A stretch of DNA of 64,000 bases from Macrostomum lignano (lineage: Eukaryota): NCBI GenBank assembly GCA_002269645.1, contig NIVC01000900.1, forward strand, positions 62,001 through 126,000, given 5' to 3'. Positions 1-13,200 of this stretch are shown here, one piece after another. The stretch's first letter is position 1. Each line of letters opens with the position of its first letter. The translations under genes were made by a program, and so were the position numbers. The notes beneath the pieces were generated by a model, which had not been told where the DNA came from, searched no databases, and saw only the letters and a list, made by a program, of their open reading frames with translations.

Positions 1-85
1 AATAACTGGTTTGTTATTTTTGTTATCTATACATATCGGCTAAAATTTGAAAATATTAGTAAGTAATATAATATAATATTATTAC

Positions 86-160
86 CTGTACACGAAAACT
101 ATAAGCTGTCGCCGCTTGCAGATCTTTAACCTTGTAGGATAACAGCTCGCCAGAGTAAAG
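86..160 (-). CDS. FNDC3: FNDC3-like exon 9, 75-nt exon absent from ORF track (LYSGELLSYKVKDLQAATAYSFRVQ)
   Basis: Acceptor ttctttcag|CTT, donor CAG|GTAATA, phase 0-0. It completes the FN3 strand pattern begun in exon 8. Confidence 0.85.
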
Positions 161-1064
161 CTGAAAGAATTGTTTTGGATTATTAAAGGTTAATTAGGGC
201 ACGTAAAAAAACGTGTCAATTTGCCTTTTTCGGGTCAAGACCCGATAATAAGTTCCGTCCTTGCGCAGGGGAGATGCCAATCTTCTCTCCTTTCTCACTG
301 CACGGTTAAGTACTGGGACGGCTAGGTATTTATACCTTGTAAATATGTATCAACTGCTATTAAAATCTTCGTTTTCGTAACACAACGCAAGCGTCGTCCT
401 TGTAAAGGGAAAATTTAGCACTGTTAAGATAAAATTAACTAATTAACTAAAATTCCAGACATTTTTTAATTCATATTTTATTGCAATGATTTTTACAACC
501 CAATAAACAATTCACTTAATAACGCAATCAGATTTTACAAACAAATTTCAACCTCTTAACGCAAACTTGTTACGTTATACTACTGAAAGTGGGGTAAAAG
601 CACATTACTTAATATTGCAAATAAAAAATTCTACGATTATACAAGACGAATCCAAAATGCTTTTGAAAGTATCTTCAAAGCGTCCGGAAATGAAAGCCGA
701 ATCGCTAATGATATGTCGTAATCCAGCATTTCAATCAGAATTTTTTATTATTGGCTTTCCCAAACCGTAGGCTAAGACAGTATAATTAATTCTCAATATT
801 AATTTACAGCTTGTAATGGAGAAGTCCAGATCTTGCGGATAAAACTGATAATCTATTAATAAATGCACAGCTTCGAAAATTTGCTATCTGACGGAAATTG
901 CAAAAAGGGTGATCCCAATTTCCTCGTATTTTTTCCAAGCTAATGAGAAAATAAAAGACAAACATGCGGTCAGTTGTGCTCGTTTAACCTACTTTAAGTA
1001 GCAAAACGCAACATTTTTTTGAGGTTAATAATGGCAAAGAAAATTTTATGATTAATAAAACAGG

Positions 1065-1107
<43 letters not shown>

Positions 1108-1114
1108 AGATTAC

Positions 1115-1149
<35 letters not shown>

Positions 1150-1152
1150 GTC

Positions 1153-1222
<70 letters not shown>

Positions 1223-4200
1223 AAGACAGACAGACAGGCAGGCAGCTCAGTCCCAGACTCACCAGCCGGAACTCCTGCTCTTCCGCCTCTCCATCGCCGG
1301 TCTCCACGCGGCACTCCAGCCGATAGTCAGTCACCGCACCGGACGAACTCAACGTTGACGAAGACGACGCTGCAGCCGGCGTCAGCTTTGGTGCCTCCCA
1401 GCTCACCAGAGCGGACACTCTAGGCAAATCCGCATCGACCAGTTCCCCATCCAGCATCGTGAGCTCAGCTGCATCATCATTAACCTGGGCATCCCGAAGC
1501 GGCTCATGGGATCCGGTGGACGAGCCGAGACTGACCGACACGCTCGGCGCCGATGGAGCCGGAGGCAGCGGCGGGCCGCAGACAGCGCGCAGGCGGTTGG
1601 ACCAGGGGCCGAAGCCAGCGGCATTGGCAGCTCGCACGGTGACAATATAGTTGGCACCGGGAATGAGCTTAGCAATGGAGCAGTGCAGAGTTGAACTGGA
1701 TACTGTTGTAGTAGCAGTTGCTTCGGGGCTTGACAAGCTGCTTGACGCATCGTCTGTGGGAGGTTAATAATTTACTTTTATTTATTTTTTTATTTTTATT
1801 TACTCAATAGTTCGCTTTTAAAACTGACAAAATACGCCAGTAAAAATTCTAAGAATCCCCCTCAAAAAGTAAAAAAAATCCGCCTGACTCTAAAAGTACA
1901 AAATCAGCTCTACTCTAAAAGTACAAAAATCCGACCCCTCAGAACATCAAAGAAGACCCGCCCCTCAGAACTGCGAAAACCCAACACTCAGAACTGCAAA
2001 GACCGGCCCCTCAGAGCTACAAAGACCCGCTCCTCAGAGCTACAAAGACCCGCCTCTCAGAGCTACAAAGACTCGCTCCTCAAAGCTACAAAGACACGCC
2101 CCTCAGAGCTACAAAGACCCGCCTCTCAGAGCTACAAAGACTCGCTCCTCAGAGCTACAAAGACTCGCTCCTCAAAGCTACAAAGACTCGCTCCTCAAAG
2201 CTACAAAGACCCGCTCCTCAGAGCTACAAATACCGGCCCCTCAGAGCTACAAAGACCCGCTCCTCAGAGCTACAAATACCGGCCCCTCAGAGCTACAAAT
2301 ACCGGCCCCTCAGAGCTACAAAGACCCGCTCCTCAGAGCTACAAATACCGGCCCCTCAGAGCTACAAAGACCCGCTCCTCAGAGCTACAAAGACCCACTC
2401 CTCGGAGCTACAAATACCGGCCCCTCAGAGCTACAAAGACCCGCTCCTCAGAGCTACAAAGACCCGCCTCTCAGAGCTACAAAGACTCGCTCCTCAGAGC
2501 TACAAAGACACGCCCCTCGGAGCTACAAAGACCCGCTCCTCAGAGCTACAAAGACCCGCTCCTCAGAGCTACAAATACTGGCCCCTCAGAGCTACAAAGA
2601 CCGGCCCCTCAAAGCTACAAAGACCCTACTCACCCTCCAGTCTAGCCCTGGCCTCGTATCCCGTCACCGGGGCGCCGCCATCGTTACCAGGCTCCGACCA
2701 GGCCAGCCTCATCTCGCCATTCCTTGGCGGCCCTCGCAGCCTGGGCGGTCCCGGCGGTCCTGGAGGCGCCGGTATGGTGACACTGAGCGACTCGCTCGGC
2801 TCGGACAGTCCGGCACTGGAACTGGCTCGGACACTGACCGAGTGCGGCCGGCCGGCTGGGAGCCAATTGGCGGCGTCGAATTCGCGCTGCTCGGCCGGCA
2901 CAGAGTAGCTGAGAGTCGGGCCCGCTTCCAGCTGAGGGGTGGAGCGAGACCATGGCTGATTGATTATCAGATCGCGTGTGCAAACTAATTATTCCACTCA
3001 GGTGATATTTTGTACTGCCTGTGCATGCACACTCAAAATGGCTGTCCTATTTATTGAATACTATAGATCCATACATTGCATTTTTAATCTAAAATATATT
3101 TAACTAATAAACTACCAATCCATTCATTAATCAATCAATCAATAAACCAATCAACAAACCAATCAATCAATCAATAAACCAATCAACAAACCAATCAATC
3201 AATCAATAAACCAATCAACAAACCAATCAATCAATCAATAAACCAATCAACAAACCAATCAATCAATAAATAAACCAATCAACAAACCAATCAATCAATC
3301 AATAAACCAATCAACAAACCAATCAATCAATCAATAAACCAATCAACAAACCAATCAATCAATCAATAAACCAATCAACAAACCAATCAATCAATCAATA
3401 AACCAATCAACAAACCAATCAATCAATCAATAAACCAATCAACAAACCAATCAATCAATCAATAAACCAATCAACAAACCAATCAATCAATCAATAAACC
3501 AATCAACAAACCAATCAATCAATCAATAAACCAATCAACAAACCAATCAATCAATCAATAAACCAATCAACAAACCAATCAATCAATCAATAAACCAATC
3601 AACAAACCAGTCAATCAATCAATTAATCAATCAATCAATCAATCTTTCAATTAATCTTTCAATCTATCAACCCATCAATCTGTCAATGTATAAATCCATC
3701 AATCTATAAATCCATCAATTTATAAATCCATCAATCTAATCATCTGTCAATCCATCAATCCATCAATCCAACCACCATAGCTCGTACACCCAGACGAAAT
3801 CAAGCCGAGCTTCCACCCCGGCACGAGTACACCAACTAACCAGATACTCCTCAATGGGGCAGCCGCCGTCATCCTCCGGAGCCGACCAGACCAGCACGTA
3901 GCGACCCGCTCCGGCGCTGTTGCGCAATCGCAACCGCTTTGGCGGCCGCGGCCTCTCCGGCGCAGCGCGAGCATTATTGGCCGCCGCTGCTGGGTCGCTG
4001 GTTGCTATGACAACAGTGGGAGAGTAGTCGCCCTGGCCTAGGGCGTTGACGGCGGCAACGCGGAACCAATAGGCAGTGCCGGGGGACAGGCCGTCGCAGC
4101 GGTGGTGCAGCAGAGGGCCGCGGTACACCTCCTGGTACTCGCCTGTGAACGGATGAGACACAAAATGAAGATTGTAGGACACAAAAATGGATAGACAGAC

Positions 4201-7200
4201 AATTGTAAATAGACAAGATGCAAAGGTAAAAACGAGATATGAAAGACACAACTATAGTAATATATAAGACAACTTTTTTTCACAAAAGACACAGTACGCC
4301 TCCATAAAGACACAACACGCTTCCATAAAGACACAAAACGCTTCCAGAAAGACACAACACGCTTCCAGAAAGACACAAAGCGCTTCCATAAAGACACAAC
4401 ACACTTTCATAAAGACACAAAGCGCTTCCATAAAGGCACAAAGCGCTTCCATAAAGACACAGCACGCCTCTATAAAGACAGAACAAACTCCAAAAAGACA
4501 AAAAACCTCTAAAAAGACACAACAAACCTCTAAAAAGACACAACAAACCTCTAAAAAGACACAACAAACCTCTAAAAAGACACAAAAAACCTCTAAAAAG
4601 ACACAACAAACCTCTAAAAAGACACAACAAACCTCTAAAAAGACACAACAAACCTCTAAAAGACAACAAACTTCTAAAAAGACGCACAAACCTCTAAAAA
4701 GACACAACAAACCTCTAAAAAGACACAACAAACCTCTAAAAAGACACAACAAACCTCTAAAAAGACACAACAAACCTTTAAAAACACACAACAAACTCTC
4801 CAAAAAGACAACAAGACTCCAAAAAGACGCGATAAGCATCCTAAAAGACACACCCGCCCACCCAAAAACTCACCCCCAGGCCTATCAGACGCGGCGCACT
4901 CCAGCACATAAGCCGTCACAGACGCCCCATTGTCACGCGCGGCCGGCGCCCACCTTAGCGCCAACCAATTAGCCCCAGGCCGGCCAATTAATTCCGGCGG
5001 CAAAGCCGGAGCAGCGGGTTGAGCTGGAGAAGTTCGGAACTGAGCAGCCAAGCTGAAGCCGCTGATGCTGTCAGTCAGTTTAGCCAATGATTTGGCCCAG
5101 TACCGCTGGCCGGGCTGCAGGTCGCGCAGGCAGATCTCTTCGGCTTGGCCGTCGAACACGCGACTGTACGGACCTCGGGCCGACTTTTCCGACAGGTGCA
5201 ACTCGTAGGCGGCTTCCAGCAGGTCGTCATCTGTGAGCCCGGATGGCGGCCACACTTGAATGACCACGCTGGTGGATTCAATCTCGGAGATCTGCGAAAT
5301 TAACAGTTGCGATAGATTGTAATCTATCTGCCTTGTTGTTGTAATCTATCTGCCTTGTTGTTGTAATCTATCTGCCTTGTTGTTGTAATCTATCTGCCTT
5401 GTTGTTGTAATCTATCTGCCTTGTTGTTGTAATCTATCTGCCTTGTTGTTGTAATATATCTGCCTTGTTGTTGTAATCTCCTGCCTTGTTGTTGTAATCT
5501 ATCTGCCTTGTTGTTGTAATCTATCTGCCTTGTTGTTGTAATCTATCTGCCTTGTTGTAATCTATCTGCTTTGTTGTTGTAATCTCCTGCCTTGTTGTTG
5601 TAATCTATCTGCCTTGTTGTAATCTATCTGCCTTGTTGTTGTAATCTATCTGCCTTGTTGTTGTAATCTATCTGCCTTGTTGTTGTAATCTATCTGCCTT
5701 GTTGTTGTAATCTATCTGCCTTGTTGTTGTAATCTATCTGCATTGTTGTTGTAATTTATCTGCTTTGTTGTTGTAATCTATCTGCCTTGTTGTTGTAATC
5801 TATCTGCATTGTTGTTGTAATCTATCTGCCTTGTTGTTGTAATCTATCTGCCTTGTTGTTGTAATCTATCTGCATTGTTGTTGTAATCTATCTGCCTTGT
5901 TGTTGTAATCTATCTGCCTTGCTGTTGTAATCTATCTGCCTTGTTGTTGTAATCTATCTGCCTTGTTGTTGCAATCTATCTGCCTTGTTGTTGTAATCTA
6001 TCTGCCTTGTTGTAATCTATCTACCTTGTTGTAATCTATCTACCGTGTTGTAATCTATCTGCTTTGTTGTAATCTATCTGCCTTGTTGTTGTAATCTATC
6101 TGCCTTGTTGTTGTAATCTATCTGCCTTGTTGTTGTAATCTATCTGCCTTGTTGTTGTAATCTATCTGCCTTGTTGTTGCAATCTATCTGCCTTGTTGTT
6201 GTAATCTATCTGCCTTGTTGTTGTAACCTATCTGCCTTGTTGTTGTAATCTATCTGCCTTGTTGTTGTAATCTATCTGCCTTGTTGTTGTAATCTATCTA
6301 CCTTGTTGTAATCTATCTACCGTGTTGTAATCTATCTGCCTTGTTGTTGCAATCTATCTGCCTTGTTGTTGTAATCTATCTGCCTTGTTGTAATCTATCT
6401 ACCTTGTTGTAATCTATCTACCTTGTTGTAATCTATCTACCTTGTTGTAATCTACCTACCTTGTTGTAATCAATCTACCTTGTTGTAATCTATCTGCCGT
6501 GTTGTAATCTATCTGCTTTGTTGTAATCTATCTGCCTTGTTGTTGTAATCTATCTGCCTTGTTGTTGTAATCTATCTGCCTTGTTGTTGTAATCTATCTG
6601 CCTTGTTGTAATCTATCTACCTTGTTGTAATTTATCTGCCGTGTTGTAATCTATCTGCCTTGTTGTTGCAATCTATCTGCCTTGTTGTTGTAATCTATCT
6701 GCCTTGTTGTAATCTATCTACCTTGTTGTAATCTATCTACCTTGTTGTAATCTATCTGCCTTGTTGTAATCTATCTACCTTGTTGTAATCTATCTACCTT
6801 GTTGTAATCTATCTACCTTGTTGTAATCTATCTGCCTTGTTGCTGTAATCTATCTGCCTTGTTGTTGTAATCTATCTGCCTTGTTGTTGTAATCTATCTG
6901 CCTTGTTGTTGTAATCTATCTGCCGTGTTGTAATCTATCTGCTTTGTTGTAATCTATCTGCCTTGCTGTTGTAATCTATCTGCCTTGTTGTTGTAATCTA
7001 TCTGCCTTGTTGTTGTAATCTATCTGCCTTGTTGTTGTAATCTATCTGCCTTGTTGTTGCAATCTATCTGCCTTGTTGTTGTAATCTATCTGCCTTGTTG
7101 TAATCTATCTACCTTGTTGTAATCTATCTACCTTTTTGTAATCTATCTACCTTGTTGTAATCTATCTACCTTGTTGTAATCAATCTACCTTGTTGTAATT

Positions 7201-10200
7201 TATCTGCCGTGTTGTAATCTATCTGCCGTGTTGTAATCTATCTGCTTTGTTGTAATCTATCTGCCTTGTTGTAATCTATCTGCCTTGTTGTTGTAATCTA
7301 TCTGCCTTGTTGTTGCAATCTATCTGCCTTGTTGTTGTAATCTATCTGCCTTGTTGTAATCTATCTGCCTTGTTGTAATCTATCTACCTTGTTGTAATCT
7401 ATCTACCTTGTTGTAATCTATCTACCTTGTTGTAATCTATCTACCTTGTTGTAATCTATCTGCCTTGTTGTTGTAATCTATCTGCCTTGTTGTTGTAATC
7501 TATCTGCCTTGTTGTTGTAATCTATCTACCTTGTTGTTGCAATCTATCTGCCTTGTTGTAATCTATATCTGCCTTATTGTTGTAATTTATCTACCTTGTT
7601 ATAATCTATATCTGCCTTATTGTTGTAATCTATCTACCTTGTTGTTGCAATCTATCTGCCTTGTTGTAATCTATATCTGCCTTATTGTTGTAATTTATCT
7701 ACCTTGTTATAATCTATATCTGCCTTATTGTTGTAATCTATCTACCTTGTTGTTGCAATCTATCTGCCTTGTTGTAATCTATATCTGCCTTATTGTTGTA
7801 ATTTATCTACCTTGTTATAATCTATATCTGCCTTATTGTTGTAATCTATCTACTTATTTACACACCAACTATTATGTTCTCTCCGCCCATTCTATCATGC
7901 TCAACATCTACACTTCATGCCTTACCTGGGGCGGCTGCGGTGTCTCCAGAGTCGGCAATTTATTATTAATCCTGACGTCCTGCTCAATGCCCCCAGCGTC
8001 ATTCAAATAGTGCTCATTAGTCCTAGCGCCTCCCCGCTCGGAGAAGTGATGCCTGCGCCTAAATCCAGACTGATAGCCGCTGTAGTGCTGATAGCCGTTA
8101 CTGTTAAAATTGTCGCTAAAATTAGTGTTACTGTTGCAGTGATTCCAATTGTGACGGTTGCGAAACAGGTGCTGCTTAGACTGATGATTTCCGTGATCAA
8201 ATGAGTTCTGATAATAGTGCTGCTGCTGCTGATGGCGGACTCCATTGCCGCCCCAGTCTGTGGGACAGAGTGATGGAGCATTGATTGATTCATTTATTAA
8301 CTGATAAGTTGATCAACTAAATTTACTAAATTCATTGACTGATTGGTTGTTTGTTTAATATATTGACTGATTAATTGGTTACTTGGTTTAATGACTAAAA
8401 GTAATCGATTGATTGGTTGATTTTATAGCTAATTGATTGATTGGTTAATTGACTGATTGATGGATTATAGAGCCGATTAACTGATAATTGATTAATTCAT
8501 TCATTTCGATTCTATAGTTGATTGATTGCTTGATTGATTAAAGACTGATTGAAAGATTGACTCTTTTATTAATTGATTGATTAATTGATTGATTAATGGA
8601 TTGATTGATTGATGACTGATTGATTAATTAATTGATTGATTGACTGATTGATTAATTGATTGATTGATCGGTTGATTGATTGATCGATTGATTGATTGAT
8701 TGATTGACTGGTTGATTGATTCCAAAGCTGATTAATTTATTGATTAATTGATTGACTTGACTGACTGACTGACTGACTGACTGACTGACTGACTGACTGA
8801 CTGACTGACTGACTGACTGACTGACTGACTGACTGACTGACTGACTGACTGACTGACTGACTGACTGACTGACTGACTGACTGACTGACTGACTGACTGA
8901 CTGACTGACTGACTGACTGACTGACTGACTGACTGACTGACTGACTGACTGACTGACTGACTGACTGACTGACTGACTGACTGACTGACTGACTGACTGA
9001 CTGACTGACTGACTGACTGACTGACTGACTGACTGACTGACTGACTGACTGACTGACTGACTGACTGACTGACTGACTGACTGACTGACTGACTGACTGA
9101 CTGACTGACTGACTGACTGACTGACTGACTGACTGACTGACTGACTGACTGACTGACTGACTGACTGACTGACTGACTGACTGACTGACTGACTGACTGA
9201 CTGACTGACTGACTGACTGACTGACTGACTGACTGACTGACTGACTGACTGACTGACTGACTGACTGACTGACTGACTGACTGACTGACTGACTGACTGA
9301 CTGACTGACTGACTGACTGACTGACTGACTGACTGACTGACTGACTGACTGACTGACTGACTGACTGACTGACTGACTGACTGACTGACTGACTGACTGA
9401 CTGACTGACTGACTGACTGACTGACTGACTGACTGACTGACTGACGAACTGACTGACTGACTGACTGACTGACTGACTGACTGACTGACTGACTGACTGA
9501 CTGACTGACTGACTGACTGACTGACTGACTGACTGACTGACTGACTGACTGACTGACTGACTGACTGACTGACTGACTGACTGACTGACTGACTGACTGA
9601 CTGACGAACTGACTGACTGACTGACTGACTGACTGACTGACTGACTGACTGACTGACTGACTGACTGACTGACTGACTGACTGACTGACTGACTGACTGA
9701 CTGACTGACTGACTGACTGACTGACTGACTGACTGACTGACTGACTGACTGACTGACTGACTGACTGACTGACTGACTGACTGACTGACTGACTGACTGA
9801 CTGACTGACTGACTGACTGACGAACTGACTGACTGACTGACTGACTGACTGACTGACTGACTGACGAACTGACTGACTGACTGACTGACTGACTGACTGA
9901 CTGACTGACTGACTGACTGACTGACTGACTGACTGACTGACTGACTGACTGACTGACTGACTGACTGACGAACTGACTGACTGACTGACTGACTGACTGA
10001 CTGACTGACTGACTGACTGACTGACTGACTGACTGACTGACTGACTGACTGACTGACTGACTGACTGACTGACTGACTGACTGACTGACTGACTGACTGA
10101 CTGACTGACTGACTGACTGACTGACTGACTGAGAATAGGAAAAAAAACTTCACTACATACTACTGCTTGTTCACGCGGAAAATGTAAGTAGATTCTACTA

Positions 10201-13200
10201 TAACAAACATTCTTCCAATTTAATTTAGGCCAGCAAATTTGTTTAAATTCAATAAAATTCGGCTTTAGCTGCATGCCAACTTTTTGCATGGGAAAGCATC
10301 TCGAAAGTAGATAATTTCAGTCTAGCAGAGAACTAGTGCGCGAGACTTAGTTTACTAGACAGACAGAACTTTTAAAGTGCAAAACCAATTTTTGCATTAA
10401 TAATGAGATTCACTACGGTCCCTCAAGTGGCTCGCTCGAAATAAAACTCAAAAATAAGAGGCTTATCCACTTAGTCTACAGCAGAGGAGTCGGATTTCAG
10501 CTTTCGGGGAAAAGTGCACTTTCACTGTTCGAGCTTGTTAGGATTGGGCTACTGAGGGATTTGGGCGACTCAAGCACGGGTAGAGAAGGGATTAAAGCAT
10601 AGTGCACTGCAGTGATTGACAGGTAGGAGTGAAGCGATTCTCAGGTGTGTGTGAGAGGCAATTCTTAGGTTTGTGATTAGCGATTCTCAGGTGTATTAGA
10701 GGGACGATTCTCAGGTGTATTAGAGGGGCGATTCTCAGGTGTATTAGAGGGACGATTCTCAGGTGTATTAGAGGGACGATTCTCAGGTGTATTAGAGGGA
10801 CGATTCTCAGGTGTATTAGAGGGGCGATTCTCAGGTTTGTGATTGGCGATTCTCAGGTGTATTAGAGGGGCGATTCTCAGGTTTGTGATTGGCGATTCTC
10901 AGGTGTATTAGAGGGGCGATTCTCAGGTTTGTGATTGGCGATTCTCAGGTGTATTAGATCGAGGGGCGATTCTCAGGTTTGTGATTGGCGATTCTCAGGT
11001 GTATTAGAGGGGCGATTCTCAGGTGTATTAGAGGGGCGATTCTCAGGTGTATTAGAGGGGCGATTCTCGGGTTTGTGATTGGCGATTCTCAGGTGTATTA
11101 GAGGGGCGATTCTCAGGTGTATTAGAGGGGCGATTCTCAGGTGTATTAGAGGGGCGATTCTCAGGTTTGTGATTGGCGATTCCCAGGTGTATTAGAGGGG
11201 CGATTCTCAGGTGTATTAGAGGGGCGATTCTCAGGTGTATTAGAGGGCCGATTCTCAGGTGTATTAGAGGGGCGATTCTCAGGTGTATTAGAGGGGCGAT
11301 TCTCAGGTGTATTAGAGGGGCGATTCTCAGGTGTATTAGAGGGGCGATTCTCGTGTTTGTTTGTGATTGGCGATTCCCAGGTGTATTAGAGGGGCGATTC
11401 TCAGGTGTATTAGAGGGGCGATTCTCATGTGTGTGTGAGGGGCGATTCTCATGTGTGTGTGAGGGGCGATTCTCAGGTGTGTGTGAGGGGCGATTTTCAT
11501 GTGTGTGTGATGGGCGATTCTCAGGTTTGTGATTGGCGATTCTCAGGTGTGTGAGAGGGGCGATTCTCATGTGTGTGTGAGGGGCGATTCTCAGGTGTGA
11601 GGGGCGATTTTCATGTGTGTGTGATAAGCGATTCTCAGGTTTGTGATTGGCGATTCTCAGGTGTGTGAGAGGGGCGATTCTAAGGTTTGTGATTGGCGAT
11701 TTTCAGGTGTGAGGGACGATTCTCAGGTGTGAGGGGCGATTCTCAGGTGTGAGGGGCGATTCTCAGGTGTGAGGGACGATTCTCAGGTGTGAGAGACGAT
11801 TCTCAGGTGTGAGGGGCGATTCTCAGGTGTAAGGGGCGATTCTCAGGTGTGAGGGGCGATTCTCAGGTGTGAGGGACGATTCTCAGGTGTGAGGGACGAT
11901 TCTCAGTTGTGAGGGACGATTCTCATGTGTGAAAGTCGACTCTCAATAGAGGTTTTCAAGGGATTCTGAGGTGACTATCCCCAAACGTAACTCATTCTTA
12001 AACATGCCCAAGAGCTAAGAAATAAATAGAGCTGGCTTACCGCTTTGTGAGGCTGCGAACCGTTTTCTCCTAGGAGCAAAATACTGCTGCTGATGATGTC
12101 TGTCTGGCGACCTCCTCATGCGCTGCAGCCGGCCCCCTACGCCTGGCTGCGGCTGGCGCTTGCAATGCTGATAAGCTGGGTACCAATCCTCTGAGCTGGA
12201 GCCCGCCCCTGCCGTTGTTGCTGTCGCCGAAGTTGAATTCGGATGCTGACCGTCTGAGAATGAAGCGCTGCCAGCTTCAGCTGTGACAGGCGGCCGGGGA
12301 GGGGAGGTGCTATTCGTGAAGCGATTGTTAATAAGTTTATAACCTGCAAGCTCCGAAATCTTAAAATATTATAAAAGAGGAATTCAAACTGATCCAGACT
12401 AGACAGAAATCTAAGATAGGGAAATCCCAGCTGATCCAGACGGAAATCAAAAATAGGGAAATCCCCAGCTGATCCAGACGGAAATCTAAGATAGGAAAAT
12501 CCCAGCTGATCCAGAGGGAAATCAAAGATAGGGAAATCCCCAGCTGATTCAGAGGGAAATCAAAGATAGGGAAATCCCAGCTGATCCAGAGGAAAATCAA
12601 AGATAGGGAAATCCCCAGCTAATTCAGAGGGAAATCAAAGATGGGAAATCCCCAGCTGATCCAGAGGGAAATCAAAGATAGGGAAATCCCCAGCTGATTC
12701 AGAGGGAAATCAAAGATGGGAAATCCCCAGCTGATCCAGAGGGAAATCAAAGATAGGGAAATCCCCAGCTGATTCAGAGGGAAATCAAAGATGGGAAATC
12801 CCCAGCTGATCCAGAGAGAAATCAAAGATAGGGAAATCCCCAGCTGATCCAGACGGAAATCTAAGATAGGGAAATCCCAGCTGATCCAGAGGGAAATCCG
12901 AGACAGGAAAATCCCCAGCTGATCCAGACGGAAATCCAAGATAGGGAAATCCCAGCTGATCCCGACGGAAATCAAAAATAGGGAAATCCCCAGCTGATCC
13001 AGACGGAAATCCAAGATAGGGAAATCCCAGCTGATCCAGAGGGAACTCCGAGACAGGAAAATCCCCAGCTGATCCAGACGGAAATCCAAGATAGGGAAAT
13101 CCCAGCTGATCGAGACGAAAATCTAAGATAGGGAAATCCCCAGCTGATCCAGATGGAAATCGAAGATAGGGAAATCCCCAGCTGATCCAGACGGAAATCA

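Noticed and set aside
161-1050. Short open frames in the unique part of FNDC3 intron 8, including ORF 567-770
   Set aside because: No recognisable domain; exon 8 joins the 160-86 exon in phase and completes the FN3 pattern without them.
8652-10289. Long SVSQ-repeat ORFs (545 and 469 aa) and similar CLSV/RQTD, CVFLEV, MYAIVSLC and SPSPFSL ORFs across the window
   Set aside because: They are stop-free reading frames of micro- and minisatellites inside introns, with no splice or domain support.
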